From Vicugna vicugna (taxonomy: Eukaryota), in NCBI GenBank assembly GCA_013265495.1, contig MU063444.1, forward strand, positions 1,624,195-1,688,194: a DNA stretch of 64,000 nt. The letters are read 5' to 3'. This document shows positions 1 through 13,952 of this stretch, in pieces. The translations under genes were made by a program, and so were the position numbers. The notes beneath the pieces were generated by a model. The model had not been told where the DNA came from. It saw only the letters and a program-made list of their open reading frames with translations, and ran no database searches. How positions within the stretch are numbered: the first letter of the stretch is position 1; the number at the start of each line of letters is the position of its first letter.

Positions 1-1110
1 GATATATGTAAGTCAAATAATGATGCTGCATATCTTAAGCTTATACAGTGCTGTGTGTCAGTTATATCTCAGTAAAACCATAAGAAAAAAATTATAAACT
101 CTGGAAGAAATACAAAAATAACTGTTTGAAGGTGTCAGAGAGCAGTCAAAAGAAGACAAGTTTGAGGAGATGTGAACTTTTAAAGAAGAGAAATAGAGTC
201 ACTGGGTGACATCCTTTTTTCTACGGTTTCTTCGGTGAGAACAGTCATCAGTCTCTCTGGTGCTGGTTGACTAGAACTCGTGAAGTATCAGACAGTGGAG
301 CTCAGGGTTGCCAGGATGGCAGGAAATTCAGGTGGTGGGTAGGTGAACCCAAAACGGAGGTAGTCCCAAGGGGAGTGTAAAAATCTACCTATAAACTCCC
401 TTCATATCCTTGGCTGACCCCAGAACTGTGTGTGTGGGAGATTTTAAAGAACTCAGTTTAAAGCAATACATGGAGCATTGAGAAATAAGAGCATAGATTT
501 CACCTTTGCCCTCATAGTGAAGAGGAGTTTAGAGTTTGAGTCCTGCCAAGTTAGGGAGCCTCATGCTTTTCATTTGAAACCAGAGAAGGGTCACACCTTA
601 CGAATAAAGGTGTTTACCCTAATAAAATATGAAGTAGCTCCCTCCTAACAAAGTGTAAAACCAGGCTTCATAAAATCAAGATGTTTAGCTGCCTTAAAGA
701 AGAAAACTCAACACTCTTTAGAAGACAACTCTGGAACCAGAGTTTCCACAATATATCCAATACACAATGTATAATATATACAATCAACAATTACTAGACA
801 TGTGAAAAAGTAAGAAAAAAAGTCACCCAAGGTCAAGAGAAAAAAACATACTTAAATAACCCAGATATAAGGATTTGCAGACAAAAATAAGACAAAAGGA
901 GTAAGACCAACATATAATTTATAACAGCTATAAATGAAATAAAACCTTTAAAAATAAAAAGACTCAAACTGGGTTAAAAAAAACAATAACATCCAACTTC
1001 ATATTCAGTATATGAGGCACATTTAAAACAATTAAAAAGAGTCAAAGAGTAAAAGACAATTAGCAAAGATATGCCAAACTATATAAAAAGCAGAAGTTAA
1101 GAGTATTTGT
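1..1110 (+). mobile_element. Ancient L1M fragments (a 3' end at 1-90, then 5'UTR-like and ORF2 endonuclease-start sequence)
   Basis: cttatacagtgctgtgtgtcagttatatctcagtaaaacc+A tail; A-rich ORF2-like aaaataaaaagactcaaactgggttaaaaaaa. Confidence 0.55.
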
Positions 1111-1270
1111 ATTAAAGTCAATTTGCTGTAAGGAATTTAAATCCTTTGTTAATCTGTACACTTTTACAGAATTTGGTATTATATCCACATCCATTGATAG
1201 CTCTTTGATACATTGTTTAGTTGGAAAAAAAAAGCTTTAGAAAACACATTTGTTATGAAGATACGTAGAA

Positions 1271-1700
1271 CAGTTGACCCATGAAGAACACCATTTTGAA
1301 CTGACTGCATGTATGCACTTCTTTCTCAATAAATATAGTGCCTGTTTTTTGATTTTACAGATCTTTAAGTGTGAGGGAAAGTTTGTGTTTGATTAGAGAT
1401 CATAATATGTGGAATCAAAAAAGACAGTAATATTCCTCACATTATTTGAGTACTTAGTAACTTATAAACAGAAGAAATACATATATATTAATACTGGGGA
1501 GGAAAGTAAATGAAAAATCATTCTTCTGTGCTAATAACACTAGAAATTGTTTCTAGAGGGTTAAAAAATATTTCTAGGTAACTCAAGACGTAATTTCTGT
1601 CATCATCATATCCTCTGCAAACACTGTCTCCATTACGAGTCTAAGTGATAATAATAATGATGATCATTAATTAATAGCAACAACAGTGGCTAACAGTTTT
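1271..1700 (+). mobile_element. Tigger-like (TcMar) DNA transposon remnant; right end uncertain
   Basis: Terminus cagttgacccatgaagaacaccattttgaactg resembles Tigger2-type CAGTTGACCCTTGAACAACACGGGTTTGAACTG. Confidence 0.45.
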
Positions 1701-2005
1701 TTATGTGGATAAAAAGGGCATGCATATACTGAAGCCATATTCTGGTTTAGCATGTACCTGGTCTTAATGGCCTGAAATATTTTTCCCAAACAAATGTCTT
1801 TTGTATGTCATTTGGTCCTGTTTCATTTCTTTATACAACCCGTTTTTGAAGATAATTACAGAAAAAAAGTATGATTCTCTTAGTAACCTAGTAGCCTACT
1901 TAAAAAAACCCTTTCTGTTGTTCTTCACATTTAGGTTTAATGTACTTCATTAAACCGTAAACTCACTTGCCTTTGGTTTGTTCTCAGTGAAAATAAGAAA
2001 TAGAT

Positions 2006-2323
2006 GAGGGGCTGGCCAACTACTGCCTACCACCTGTTTTCGCATGGCCTGAGAATCAAGGATGATTTTTACATTTTTTAATGGCTGATAAACATCAAAA
2101 GAAGGATAATATCTCATGACACATGAAACTTACAAAATTCAGATTTGCACTTCCCATGAATAAAGTGCAAACCTTTGGAACCTAGCCTCACTCATTATTG
2201 TGCCTGTTGTCTGGTTGCTCTCACTACAATAGCGGAGTTGAATAGTTGGTGATGGAGCTTAAGGCCTACAAGAGCCTAAAATAGTTACTATGGACTTTCA
2301 CAGGAAAAGTTTGCCAACGTCTG
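2006..2323 (+). mobile_element. MER58B-like hAT-Charlie MITE
   Basis: Ends aggggctggccaactac... and ...aaagtttgccaacgtctg; internal sequence colinear with MER58B. Confidence 0.8.
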
Positions 2324-3084
2324 TTCTAGATGAGATACATGGTTCACAGACGAATCCTTAATGTTCCTAAAGTCATTTAAGGAGTCTTTTAGATTATATA
2401 TAATTGTTGGCTACCTAAGCCTCTAAATTATGATTTGTTCTGCCTACTTTTAGAACATTTTTCTTATTTTTAGCATATTCAGTCCATCAAGTATTAAAGA
2501 GGTTAACCTGTGCTAAGCATTTTGGAAACAGGAACCAAAGATACAGTCCCAAGCTCTCACAGAGTTAATTTATTGAGTATCGCCCCCCATCAGTGTGCTG
2601 GTATGGTGGTGAAGGGAGACTCTTGTAACAAGTGGAGAAGAGGAAGGTCATTGTTATGGGATATAAAGCATGCATTAAATTACTTCTGGAAGTCATTGAG
2701 TTCCTGCCATTTAATTCTGCCTGTAGCCTGAACCTAGAGAGAGATTAACATCTAGAAACTTTCTTGAAGTAAAATCTTCCATTTCCTTAGCATAATACAA
2801 TCATGTTTGAAAATCCTGCACTTTCTTGCCAGCAGTTGTGTTACTTAGTTAGGCACAGATTCAAAGTATGGGGTATGCAGTGATTTAAATCTTAGAAATA
2901 TTTTTAAATTATTTTTTAATTCTTTTGCAGTGGTTATTGTTCAAAGAATGTAGTTCTTTAGTATTACTTACAACACTTAACCTAAAAATTGCTAACTCTT
3001 TTATTGCACTTATCTACAGCAGTAATTGTTAAATACTAATTGTCTAAAACTTTGGAGTTGGGGATGGGATATATGATTTGATTC

Positions 3085-3280
3085 AAAGACACATGACTCT
3101 GAGATAAACAGACCTAGATTTGAATTTTAACAGAGCAGTTTACTAGCTATACTCACATTAACTGCTGCTAGTCATTTTTTTCATCTGATGATTTGGAGCG
3201 TGTTGTCTGCTTTATGAGATTGCTGGGAAGATTCCATGAGGTGAAATTAGGCTCAGAACTGAAGTTGCTAGGCATTTAGT
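3085..3280 (+). mobile_element. MIR SINE (degenerate)
   Basis: acagacctagatttgaatt...ttttcatctg...gagattgctgggaagattccatgag core. Confidence 0.55.
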
Positions 3281-3854
3281 TACACTACCTTGTTAAGTAT
3301 TTCAAGGGCAAAGTTAGACATTTACCTGATATTACAAGGCAACATCCTAAAATTATAGTGTAAAACCTATTATTTAAAGTAATTTAAATGATTTAATCAG
3401 AAATCTGGCATTACTTTGTGTTGTGGTTGATTTTTAAAATATTGCCACTTCAGTAGAATAAGAACTGAATAAAAATCTCCATTAAATTAAACTACTAAAA
3501 ATAGAAGTGTATTGATACAGTTAAGTGAATTTGCCTAAATATTTTTAAAAATTGGAGTAAGTTTGATTTCCTTGCTTTTAGGAGACATTGGTTATTTTTC
3601 CAAAGAATATGTATGTATGTAAACATTTACTTACTGTTATATATCAGTGTTTGGCTAACATATATTTGCCATATGATAGATATTTTCTTGGTCAAGTATT
3701 ATTTCTATACATTTTGTTCTGCAGATGTATGCAAAAAATGTCTATTAAAGGTATACAGATACCTTACATATTTAGATAAATGTTGAATTTTTTAATGTAT
3801 TTTTCATTTTTAATAGCTACATAGTAATCCTCTGCCCCCCTCACCTTGAGGATT

Positions 3855-4400
3855 TACAGCAGTCTCCTAAGTCTTCTCCTTGCTTTGCTTTTGCCCTTCA
3901 TGGTCTTTTTTTCCCCATATAGACACTAGAGTGAACTTTAAAAATCCTGACACAGATATTAGTTACTCTAGTGTCTTTCCAGCGCACTTTGGATTTTATT
4001 CTACACCTTATCAAGCTGGTCCTACCTCTCTTCATGGTTGCCTGCTTTTTAGTTACACTGGTGACTTTTCAGTACTGTTTCCCTACAGCTCTTTCTGCCT
4101 TTGTACTTGTTCTCCATTCTCCACTTGGAGTGTTCTGTCCCACCTTTATCTGGCTAGCTCCTTCTTCTGTGCTCCTGTCACTTCCTCTCTCATCACGCAC
4201 TCTTACCTAGTGTAGCCTTCCTCCTTCGCTAGTCACTCTGAGTGTTTATTTTCTTCATAGCAGGTCTCTCTAAATTGTCTGGTTTTTATTGCTTAACTCT
4301 CTAAAAGTAGAAGGCAGCTTTGCTGGATATATGACCTTGATTCTGTATTGCATTGCCAGCAACATAAAAGGTGCTTAAATATTTGTTCAGTAGATGAGTA
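3855..4400 (+). mobile_element. L2 LINE 3' end
   Basis: Pyrimidine-rich L2 body ending ggtgcttaaatatttgttcagtagatgagt. Confidence 0.7.
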
Positions 4401-4419
4401 TACATTTCATTCAATGGCT

Positions 4420-5700
4420 ACATTATTTTTTATTCACTCCTTTGTTGATGAGCATTTGGGTAATTTCCAGCTTTTTTCTCTATGAATGCTTCACTTGTGC
4501 AGTCTCTTGGCATGCTTCTGTGAATATTCCTGCAGAATACATTTCTGTTATAAAAATGGAATTTTTATGTGAAGGGGAATTTACACTTATAATTAATGGT
4601 TAGTGCCAACTTACCATCCAAAAACTTTCTACCATGCTGATACCAGTTCTGTCCGTATCAGCAGTGGCTATTATTAATCTTTACAATTTTACCAGTCTGA
4701 TAAGCAGATACAAATGAGTTTGAACTCCTTTATTGCTTACTTTCTATTTTTCCTTTAAGTAAGTGATGGTTCCTGCCCTTTCTCTTGCTGTTTCTGTTGA
4801 TTTCTCCTCAGTTCTTTGTGTACTATGGATATTAGCCTTTAGTCTTATTTCACATGTCTGGTGTCCAGTATGTCATTTAAAAAAAAACTTTATTGTGTAA
4901 TGATTTTTTGCTTGGAATTTTAAATTTGACACACACATAAATTATGCTGTCTTTCCTTTTTGTTTTCAGAGTTTCAAGTCATGCTATGTTGGGCTTCTTA
5001 CCATGGTTTTTATTTCCATATATACCACCCTTGCTTTTATATACCATATTTTGTCTCATTGGTTTTTTTCAGCCTGTAAATATTTGGCAGATGTAGGTTT
5101 ACTTTTAATATAGTAAGATAAGGATGAAAAAAAGGTATTTTTAACAAGGACAAGACCCTATCTCCTAATATTATTAATCAAATAATCCATCTTTCTCCCA
5201 CCAGTTGAAAATGTCACCTTTTACATTTACTAAATTGCCACATTATGTCTGGAAATTTTCTGATTACTGTAGTCTCTTAACCATTCCTACCCCCAATAAT
5301 ACAGCTGTTAAATTTTTGTGGCTGTTTATACTGCATTTTAGTATCTGATAGAATTGGTCCCTTCTCATTATTTTAATCTTTTTTTTTTAATCCTCACACT
5401 TCCAAATGAATTTAAGAATCATTTTCACTTCAAAAGAAATCTGAGCATTTTGTTGGGAATACATTGAATTTTTAAACTGAGTTAGAGAAAACTGGCATCT
5501 TTATACAATACAAAAAAAAATTCTAGTCAAGAACAAGACACATCTCCATTTAATTTTGTATGTACCTTGTTTTTACTGTTGCAGTTATAAATGAACTCTT
5601 CTTGTGATCATGTTTTTCTGACTATCCTATTTGTATATAGGAAAATAGTTTGTATATAATTTAGTTATTAAAAATTCAGTTGAACTGTTTTCTGCGTGGA
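4420..5700 (-). mobile_element. Ancient L1ME-like fragments
   Basis: ttgatgagcatttgggtaatttccagc; tttgttgggaatacattgaatt...gaaaactggcatcttta. Confidence 0.55.
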
Positions 5701-6408
5701 TTTATCAGACTGTAAAATCCACCTAAAATGAGTATAAAAGTCTCTAGAGTTTTAACAAAGAGTGTCCTCAGTTTAAATGTATTTAGCTAATCATCATTTT
5801 GTGAACTTTGAAAAACAGAGTTTTCAGTTTCAAACAGATCCTCCAATGTAGGTAGAGTCTCTAGCCTTTTAAAATAGACTTGTAACGTGTTCAGCTTTTA
5901 TGACTGCTACATCTTTAAGAAATGGAAATACTTATTTTATTCTTATATTTGAGACTTGAGTTTGTAACGTTTAGCTGATCTAACAAAAGTGTCCATAAAA
6001 TACTCGTATCTTTTTGGGGTAACTCCACTTTAATGAACTTTAAAAGATTAAAGTACAAAGGTATGCTTATTTTAAAATCATATTTGGAGTTTAAATTATT
6101 TGATCTGAAATGCTGATATATAGCTATTCTCTTATTTTTATTCAGTTATTTTTGTTATGCAAAGTGTATAGAGTGAAGTAATTTTGCTATGTTTGATTAA
6201 ACACACACACACAACTGCTGAAGCACTGAAGCCATCCTGTTCCTTTTGCCCCTAAGTATTAAGAAGCTGTTGTGTATTCTTTGTACTTTTACTACATAAA
6301 CAATATGAAGTGTTGAGTTTTTTTTTAACTTGTGTAAAATTATATTTGGAAAAATATGCCCATGTAGATAAAGGCTTTTCTGTGTGTAGTTTGAAATAGC
6401 TGTATTTT

Positions 6409-7927
6409 ATTTATTTATTTATTTTATTGAAATGCAGTCAATTATAATGTGTTAACTTCTTGTGTACAGCCCAATGTCTCAGTCATGCATATACACGTAT
6501 TTGTTTTCATATTTATTTTAGTAAAGATTATTACAAGATACTAAATATAGTTCCCTGTGCTATACAGAAGAAGCTTTTTTTAAAATCTGTTTTTATATAT
6601 AGCGACTAACATTTGCAAATCTCAAAGTCCCACCCCTTTCCCCCGTAACCATAAGATTGTTTACTATGTCTGCAAGTCTCTTTTTCTTTTGTAGATGAGT
6701 TCGTAATGTCCTTATTTGTTTTTTTGTTTGTTCTTTTTAGATTCCACATATGAGTGATATCATGTGGTATTTTTCTTTCTCTTTCTGGCTTGCTTCGCTT
6801 AGAATGACAATTTCTAGGCCCATCCATATTTCTGCAAAATGGCATTATTTTATTCTTTTTTATGGCTATGTAGTATTCAACTATACAGTTGAATAAATAT
6901 AGCACAACTTCTTTATCCAGTCATCTGTCAATGGACATTTAGGTTGCTTCCATGTCTTGGCTATTGTACATAGTGCTACTGTGAACTTTGGGGTGCATGT
7001 ATCTTTTCGAATTAGAGTTCCCTCTGGATATATGTCCAGGAGTGGGATTGCTGGATCATATTGTATGTCTGTTTTTAGTTTTTTGAGGAATCGTCATACT
7101 GTCCTCCATAGTGGCTGCACCAAACTACATTCCCACCAGCAGTGTAGGAAGGTTGCCTTTTCTCCACACCCTTTCCAGCATTTATTGTTCATGGACTTTT
7201 GAATGATGGCCATTTTGACTGGTGTGAGGTGATACCTCATTGTAGTTTTGATTTGCATTTCTCTAATAATTAGTGATGTTGAGCATTTTTTCATGTGCTT
7301 ATTGGCCACTTATATGTCTTCATTGGAGAATTGCTTGTTTTTTAGGTTTTGTGCCCATTTTTGGATTGTGTTGTTTGTTTTTTTCTTATTAAGTTGTATG
7401 AGCTGCTTATATATGCTGGAAATTAAGCCTTTATCAGTCTCATCATTTGCAGATATTTTCTTCTGTTCCATAGGTTGTCGTTTTGTTTTGCTTTTGGTTT
7501 CCTTTGCTGTGCAAAAGTTGGTAAGTTTAATTAGGTCTCACTTGTTTATTTTTGCTTTTATTTCTATTGCCTGGGTAGACTGCCCTAGAACATTGCTAAG
7601 ATTTATGTCAGAAAATGTTTTGCCTATGTTTCCTTCTAGGAGGTTTATCGTGTCTTGTCTTATATTTAAATCTTTAAGCCATTTTGAGTTTAATTTTATA
7701 TATGGAGTGAGAGAGTATTTTAACCTCATTGATTAACATGGTGCCATCCAGTTTTCCCAACACCACTTGCTGAAGAGACTGTCTTTTCTCCATTGTATGT
7801 TCTTGCCTGCTTTGTTGAAGGTGAATTGACCATAGGTCTGTGGATTTATTTCTGGGTTCTATTCTGTTCCATTGATCCGTATGTCTGTTTTTATGCCAAT
7901 ATCATGCTGTTTTGATTACTGTAGATC
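6409..7927 (-). mobile_element. 5'-truncated lineage L1 (ORF2 C-terminus + 3'UTR) with TSD
   Basis: ORF2 peptides [30 protein letters not shown] and [14 protein letters not shown]; T-rich tail at 6409; TSD ttgaaatagctgtatttt at 6391-6408 and 7928-7945; frameshifted. Confidence 0.95.
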
Positions 7928-7954
7928 TTGAAATAGCTGTATTTTAAAATACCA

Positions 7955-8490
7955 CTCTACATGCAGACTAGTATTCATAACAGCACTATTCATAACAATG
8001 AAGATATGGAAGCAAGCTAACTGTCCATCAACTAATGAATGGATAAAGATGTGGGGGGAGGTGTATGTGTGTGTGTGTGCTCAATGGAATATTACTTAGC
8101 CATGAGAAAGAATGAAATATTGCCGTTTGCAGCAATGTGGTTGGACCTAGAGATTATCACACTAAGATAGAAGAAGACAGATATGTTACCACTTACATGT
8201 GGAATCCAAAAGAGTAATACAAATCCATTTATTTATAAAACAGAAACAGACTCACAGACATGGAAAACAAACTTAATGGTTACCAGAGGGGAAGAGATAA
8301 ATTAGAAGTATGGGCTGAACAGATACACACCACTATATATAAAACAGATAAACAACAAGGATTTACTGTATAGCACAGGGAGCTATATTCACTATCTTGT
8401 AATAACCTATAATGGAAAAGAATCTGAAGCTGTATACCTGAAATTAACACAATCTTATAAATCAGCTATAGTTTTAATTTTTTAAAAACC
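7955..8490 (+). mobile_element. L1 3' end (older subfamily), sense orientation
   Basis: acagcactattcataac...aatggaatattacttagccatgagaaagaatgaaat...tgtatagcacaggg...A tail. Confidence 0.88.
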
Positions 8491-11400
8491 AGGAAATAAA
8501 AATTAAAAAATCAGTCTTTCTGGTTGCTTATTAGTATAAGCTGGAGAAAAACAGGTTTATATTTTTTGTATTACTTTGTTCTTAGAGTGGATAAAGTGAA
8601 AATGTGTCTTAATACATTCCATTCTTTTTTTCCCTGAAGGGTCATCAGGACTAATATTTTAGGGTTGTGTTACTGACCATAGGTTCTGTGTGCCAGCTTT
8701 ACTCACTGGTGAGACTAACAGTATATCCTATATGTAAGGAGAATTACCATAATTGAATTATTTTAAGTAGTAAAATCGTATTCTCAGACATAGTTGTTTA
8801 AATGCACTCTATCAGTGATTATTCAAGGGACTTCTTATGCATAACATATACTGCATAAAATGTGAAAATCACTTCATTTAGGGGAAAAAGTTCAAGCATT
8901 TAATCTCAGAATTTAGAAAAATTTATAGGGTGGGGTGGTGGTATATACGTATAGGTGGGCATGGCTATTGAAAGTTGTCTGAGGTAACAGTTGATGCTAG
9001 TAGGCCGTTGGTAAACTGGCCACTAGTACAATGCCTTCTTTAAAAATTGTATCAGTTTATGCTCCATCAGTATTTTGGAGTTAATGTATCAAAGGCTTTA
9101 AAACTTAAAAGTTCTTACCCTATAACCCAGTAGTTGAGGCAATCCTCAGGTGGAAAGGAGATGGAAAAAATTAAGAGAATTATTTATATGCAAAGATGTT
9201 CTTTCAGTATTGTTCGAGTAGCAAACTAGGAAGGACAAACTTCAAGAATGGGCCGTATGATTAAATTATATAGACACAGACTACAGCACAGAGGATAATA
9301 TAATACCAGATATACCAAAATGTCATTACTTGTGGGAACACCAAAGAAAAAATACTATTTTAAACTAAGCATATATTATTTTATGGATTGGGTAGAGCAG
9401 ACAATAAATGAAGGAAGGAAAATGATTAGGAACATCCTAATTTTTCCTAGCCACAGACAGTTCATGTTTCTAATATCCATTTTTGTACCTGTTTATTTAG
9501 AGATAATACCAAGGCCATTAATGGAGGTGTTTCAAAGAACAGAAGTCATTAGATGTTTGTTTTTTATTGCTCAGTTCCGGAAGACTCATCCTAGAGGGGA
9601 CACAGGCACACACATACACACACAGTGCTGAGGAGTAAAAGCAGAAAGGAAACTAAAGTAAGTTGTGACTCAAAGTGTTAGTGTTAGATGAAAACTGCTA
9701 AAACAAAGATTTGAGGAGACTGTATAAATTTTTAAATGGCAAAGTATTAGTGACAGTTAATAAAAATGCATATATATGTGCTTTTAGATTTACAAAACAG
9801 ATTTTACTAAGAACTCCTTTAAATCCCTGAGAATATATCAAAAGTTTATCATGCTCCTGAAATTGAGTTGCACTTTACTTTAAAATAGAATAAATAATTG
9901 GTTTTGGTTCCTCCAGTATAGATTGTTGGAAAAGTGAATTGTTAGCATGAACTGCCAGTATAAAACTGATTTTATAATAGATATGTTTTATCTTTATATA
10001 GCAAAATTACTTCTAGATAGTAGTACTCAAGCTTTTGAAATCCAAGGTAAAGATAATTTTGTGTTGATGGGTGAAATCTGTGTTAAGATTTCTCATATAG
10101 ATTTTGACCAAAGGCCACTTAAAGTACAGAAGGTGAGGTAGAGCTTCCAACAGTCATTTTGAAATTAACTGGTAAGGCTAATCTTTTATAATAATGTTGT
10201 GGTATGTAGGAAAATATCCTTACTTTCTGTAGCCACATAATGTACTAATGTGTGTAATTTACTTTAAAATCATTCAGTAGGAAGGCACCAATATGGCACG
10301 ATATTAACAGTTGTTACGTATAAGTGATGTGTGTGTTCATTATAAAGTTGTGTCTGCTTCTCTGCATGTTTCAAAATTTTCATAATAAAAAAAAAACCAA
10401 GCATGCTAAAGTATTCTTGTTCAAAAAGCTGAAGAAAAAATTACTCATAGTAATACCCTGAATAGGGTATGGTTCAGGATGAACTTTCTTCTTAGGTAGA
10501 AATTATTATATGTAATAGATATACATTTTTCTAAACCTTGTAGAGTTTAAGTCAGAAATAGTAAGATGAACTTTGAGGTATTCTTTACACAGTATATAAT
10601 TGGAAAAGAGTATATGTTTAAAAAGCAAAAAGAAAAACGAAAAGGATGCACGTGTCCACTACCTTATTAGACTGAGTTGGTGATCCCCAAGCACCCTCTT
10701 TGTCAGAACACCACTTGGTGGTGATAAAGCAGGCAAGACACAAAACATTCTAATGTAGTTTATAGTTTGTGATCAGTTGCATGTGGGAATATTTAGTATT
10801 TAATTTTTAAGCACCATCCACCCTTATCTTGATTAGTACTTAGTGGGCTTTTCCCTATTTTTGTTTCTCAGAATTCGTTTTGAAGTGCCTGTGAGTTGGA
10901 GCTTTGATCCCCTGGGTTGATCCTCTTGCTTCTTCTCTTTTGTACTTCTGTGTGTCTTTCTCCTTTATGCTGTAGTTTTTGTCAACTTCAGTTATCTATT
11001 GAACTTTTTGTTTTTATTCTTTCCTGTCTCTGTGAGCATAATAAAGTGAAACATTCTGTTTCCCTCCTCACCTTACCCTGATTTTTAAGTTCTGTTTCTC
11101 TAGAGTCTTGGTTTCCTGAAATGTTAAATAAGCCTTAGTTGATTAGGCCCTTAATGATTGGCAGGGTGTAGTGGAGGGGAACCAATCCTTCGACTGAAAA
11201 TTCTGCCCTAAGGAAGAATGAGGAAGGCTTCACTTTGGGGCAGGATTCTACCCTTGTTCTCTGGACAGTATATTCAATTTCTTTAGTAAATAATTCTCAG
11301 AGTTCACGTAAGTTTGGATTTCTTTGCAACTGTTGGTTTATACTGCTGCTTATGTAGATCTCCATTTTCATTCCTGCTTTTTACTTCTCTACCTGCTGAT

Positions 11401-11969
11401 TGACACTTTCCCTCTCTTACCTCAGAGGGTTGCTGTGAAGAGCAAGAATAATTTTTATGTATATTGCATAAATTTGGAAGTGTTATAAAAAGATAATAGT
11501 ATTAAGAAGTCGCAACATACAAATGGATGTTGTTAGTTTGGAACATGAACTTACTTTTTTTTCCCCATAAAATCATTATAAATCATGGTCAGGTTACTAG
11601 GTCAGCAGGGTACATGAACACATTTTAGTTAATAACACAGCTAATATGTTTTGCCTTTGTATCAACAGTAAGGAAACAACACAATAAATACTTTTTTCCT
11701 TGATGCCAGATGTATCAAAGCACTTCTTAAATAGCTGCATGCCCTGTAGATGTGATTGGTTGGTTTCTGAGCTCTGTGGCATTAGCCAGAGGAGGTGCTT
11801 AGTGTAGAACATGTTTTAGGTCCCCTTTCCCAGAAATATATTGGGAGCTGGAGTGGAGAACCCGCTTTTCAGAGGGGTAGAGAAGTGGTTAAATAGCCAG
11901 TGACAAAGATAGGCAAAAGATACAAACTAAAACACAGTATCACTGGACGGAGAACCTGGGTTCCTTCCA

Positions 11970-12075
11970 TCATGGTATTTCTCAGTGTGGTGTGCAGATC
12001 AGTTTCTGCCTCCTAGAATGTTCATTAAAAATGCAGGCTTCTATGCACCACTCCTGTCCTATTGAATCAAAGCAT
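11970..12075. mobile_element. MER5-like fragment
   Basis: atttctcagtgtggt...ttaaaaatgcaggcttctatgcaccactcctgtcctattgaatca. Confidence 0.45.
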
Positions 12076-12512
12076 TAAATACATAATCCTGTTTAGTACT
12101 TGATTTTAAAATACAGGTTTCTTGTTGACAGGAATCACCTTTATTATTTTCTGTCCTTCATTTTGCCTTATAAGTAAATTGTTAATTGTTTTCTTCTGTG
12201 GACACTAAAACAATTGTATCCACATCTCTTGTCAGCTTTAGGTGTCAAGTGATTTTTGTGATTGTAAAAATCTAGTTTTGGAAGAGCATTTCCAGGAATA
12301 ATCAACACATGCTTCCTTTATATGAGAAAATAGGACTTGAGAGTTAGAGGACAGTTTCCAACTGCATTAAACATAAACTTTTTGTACATTGACAGAAAAC
12401 ACAGTTCATACTTAAATATCTTAGTCCATATTTTTACACATTGGTAATTTACTCCTAATATTTAATTTGTAGTGCAAGATGAACTTGTTCAGGCTTTGTA
12501 ATAAAGGAAATT

Positions 12513-13952
12513 AAAAAAATATATTTTATTGAAGTATATAGTCAGTTTACAATGTGTCAGTTTCTGTTGTACAGCACAATGCTTCAGTCATATATAAATA
12601 GGCATACATTCATTTTCATATTTTTCACCATAAGTTACTACAAGATATTTAATACAGTTCCCTGTGCTATACAGTATAACTTGTTGTTTACCTATTTGAT
12701 ATATATTAGTTAGTATCTGCAAATCTCGAACTCCCACTTTATCCCTTCCCACTCTCTCCCCCCCAACTAAGTTTATTTTCTATGTTTGTGAGTCTGTTTT
12801 GTAAACAAGTTCATTTGTTTTTTTTGATTCCACATGTAAGTGATATCATATGGTGTTTTTCTTTCTCTTTCTGGCCTGCTTCACTTAGAATGACATTCTC
12901 TAGGTCCATCCATGTTGCTGCAAATGGCATTATTTTATTCCTTTCTATGGCTGAGTAGTATTCCATTGTGTATATATACCACAGCTTCTTTATCCAGTCA
13001 TCTATAGATGGACATTTCAGTTGTTTCCATGTCTTGGCTATTGTAAATAGTGCTGCTGTGAACATTGAGGTGCATGCATCATTTTGAATTATGTTTCCCT
13101 CTGGATATATGCCCAGGTGTGGGATTGCTGGATCATATGGTAGGTTTATTTTTAGTCTTTTGAGGGATGTCCATACTGTTTTCCATAATGGCTACATCAA
13201 ACTACATTCCCACTAACAGTGTAGGAGGGTTCCCTTTTCTCCACAGCCTCTCCAGCATTTATCGTTTGTAGACTTTTGAATGATGGCCATTCTGACTGGT
13301 GTGAGGTGATACCTCATTGTAGTTTTGATTTGCAGTTCTCTGAGAATTAGTGATATTGAGCAGTTTTCATGTGCCGATTGGCCATTTGTATGTCTTCATT
13401 GGAGAATTGCTTGTTTAGGTTTTGTGCCCGTTTTTGGATTGGGTTGTTTGGTTTTTTGTTATCAGTTGTATGAGCTGTTTATATATTCTGGAAATTAAGC
13501 CCTCATCAGTCTCATGCAAAAATTTTTTCCCATTCCATAGGTTGTCTTTTTGTTTTGCCTACGGTTTCCTTTGCTGTGCAAAAGTTTATATGTTTAATTA
13601 GGCCCCATTTGTTTATTTTTGCGTTTATTTCTATTGCTTGGGTAGATTGCCCTAGGAGAGCATTGCTGAGTTTTATGTCGTAATGCTTTGCCTGTGTTTT
13701 CTTCTAAGAGATTTATAGCGTCTTATCTTATGTTTAAGTCTTTAACCCATTTTGAACTTATTTTTGTGTATGGTGTGAGGGAGTGTTCTGACTTCATTGA
13801 CTTACATGCTGCTATCCAGTTTTCCCAACACCATTTGCTGAAGAGACTGTCTTTTCTCCATTATATGCTTTTGCCTTCTTTGTCAAAGATTAATTGACCA
13901 AAAGTTTGGGTTTATTTCTGGGCTCTCTGTTCTGTTCCATTGATCCATATGT
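12513..13952 (-). mobile_element. 5'-truncated lineage L1 with TSD
   Basis: ORF2 peptide [40 protein letters not shown]; TSD taaaggaaatt at 12502-12512 and 13953-13963. Confidence 0.93.

Noticed and set aside
6409-8490. Possible twin-priming 5' inversion of a single L1
   Set aside because: Both pieces carry their own 3' end and tail, and the TSD closes before the sense copy begins
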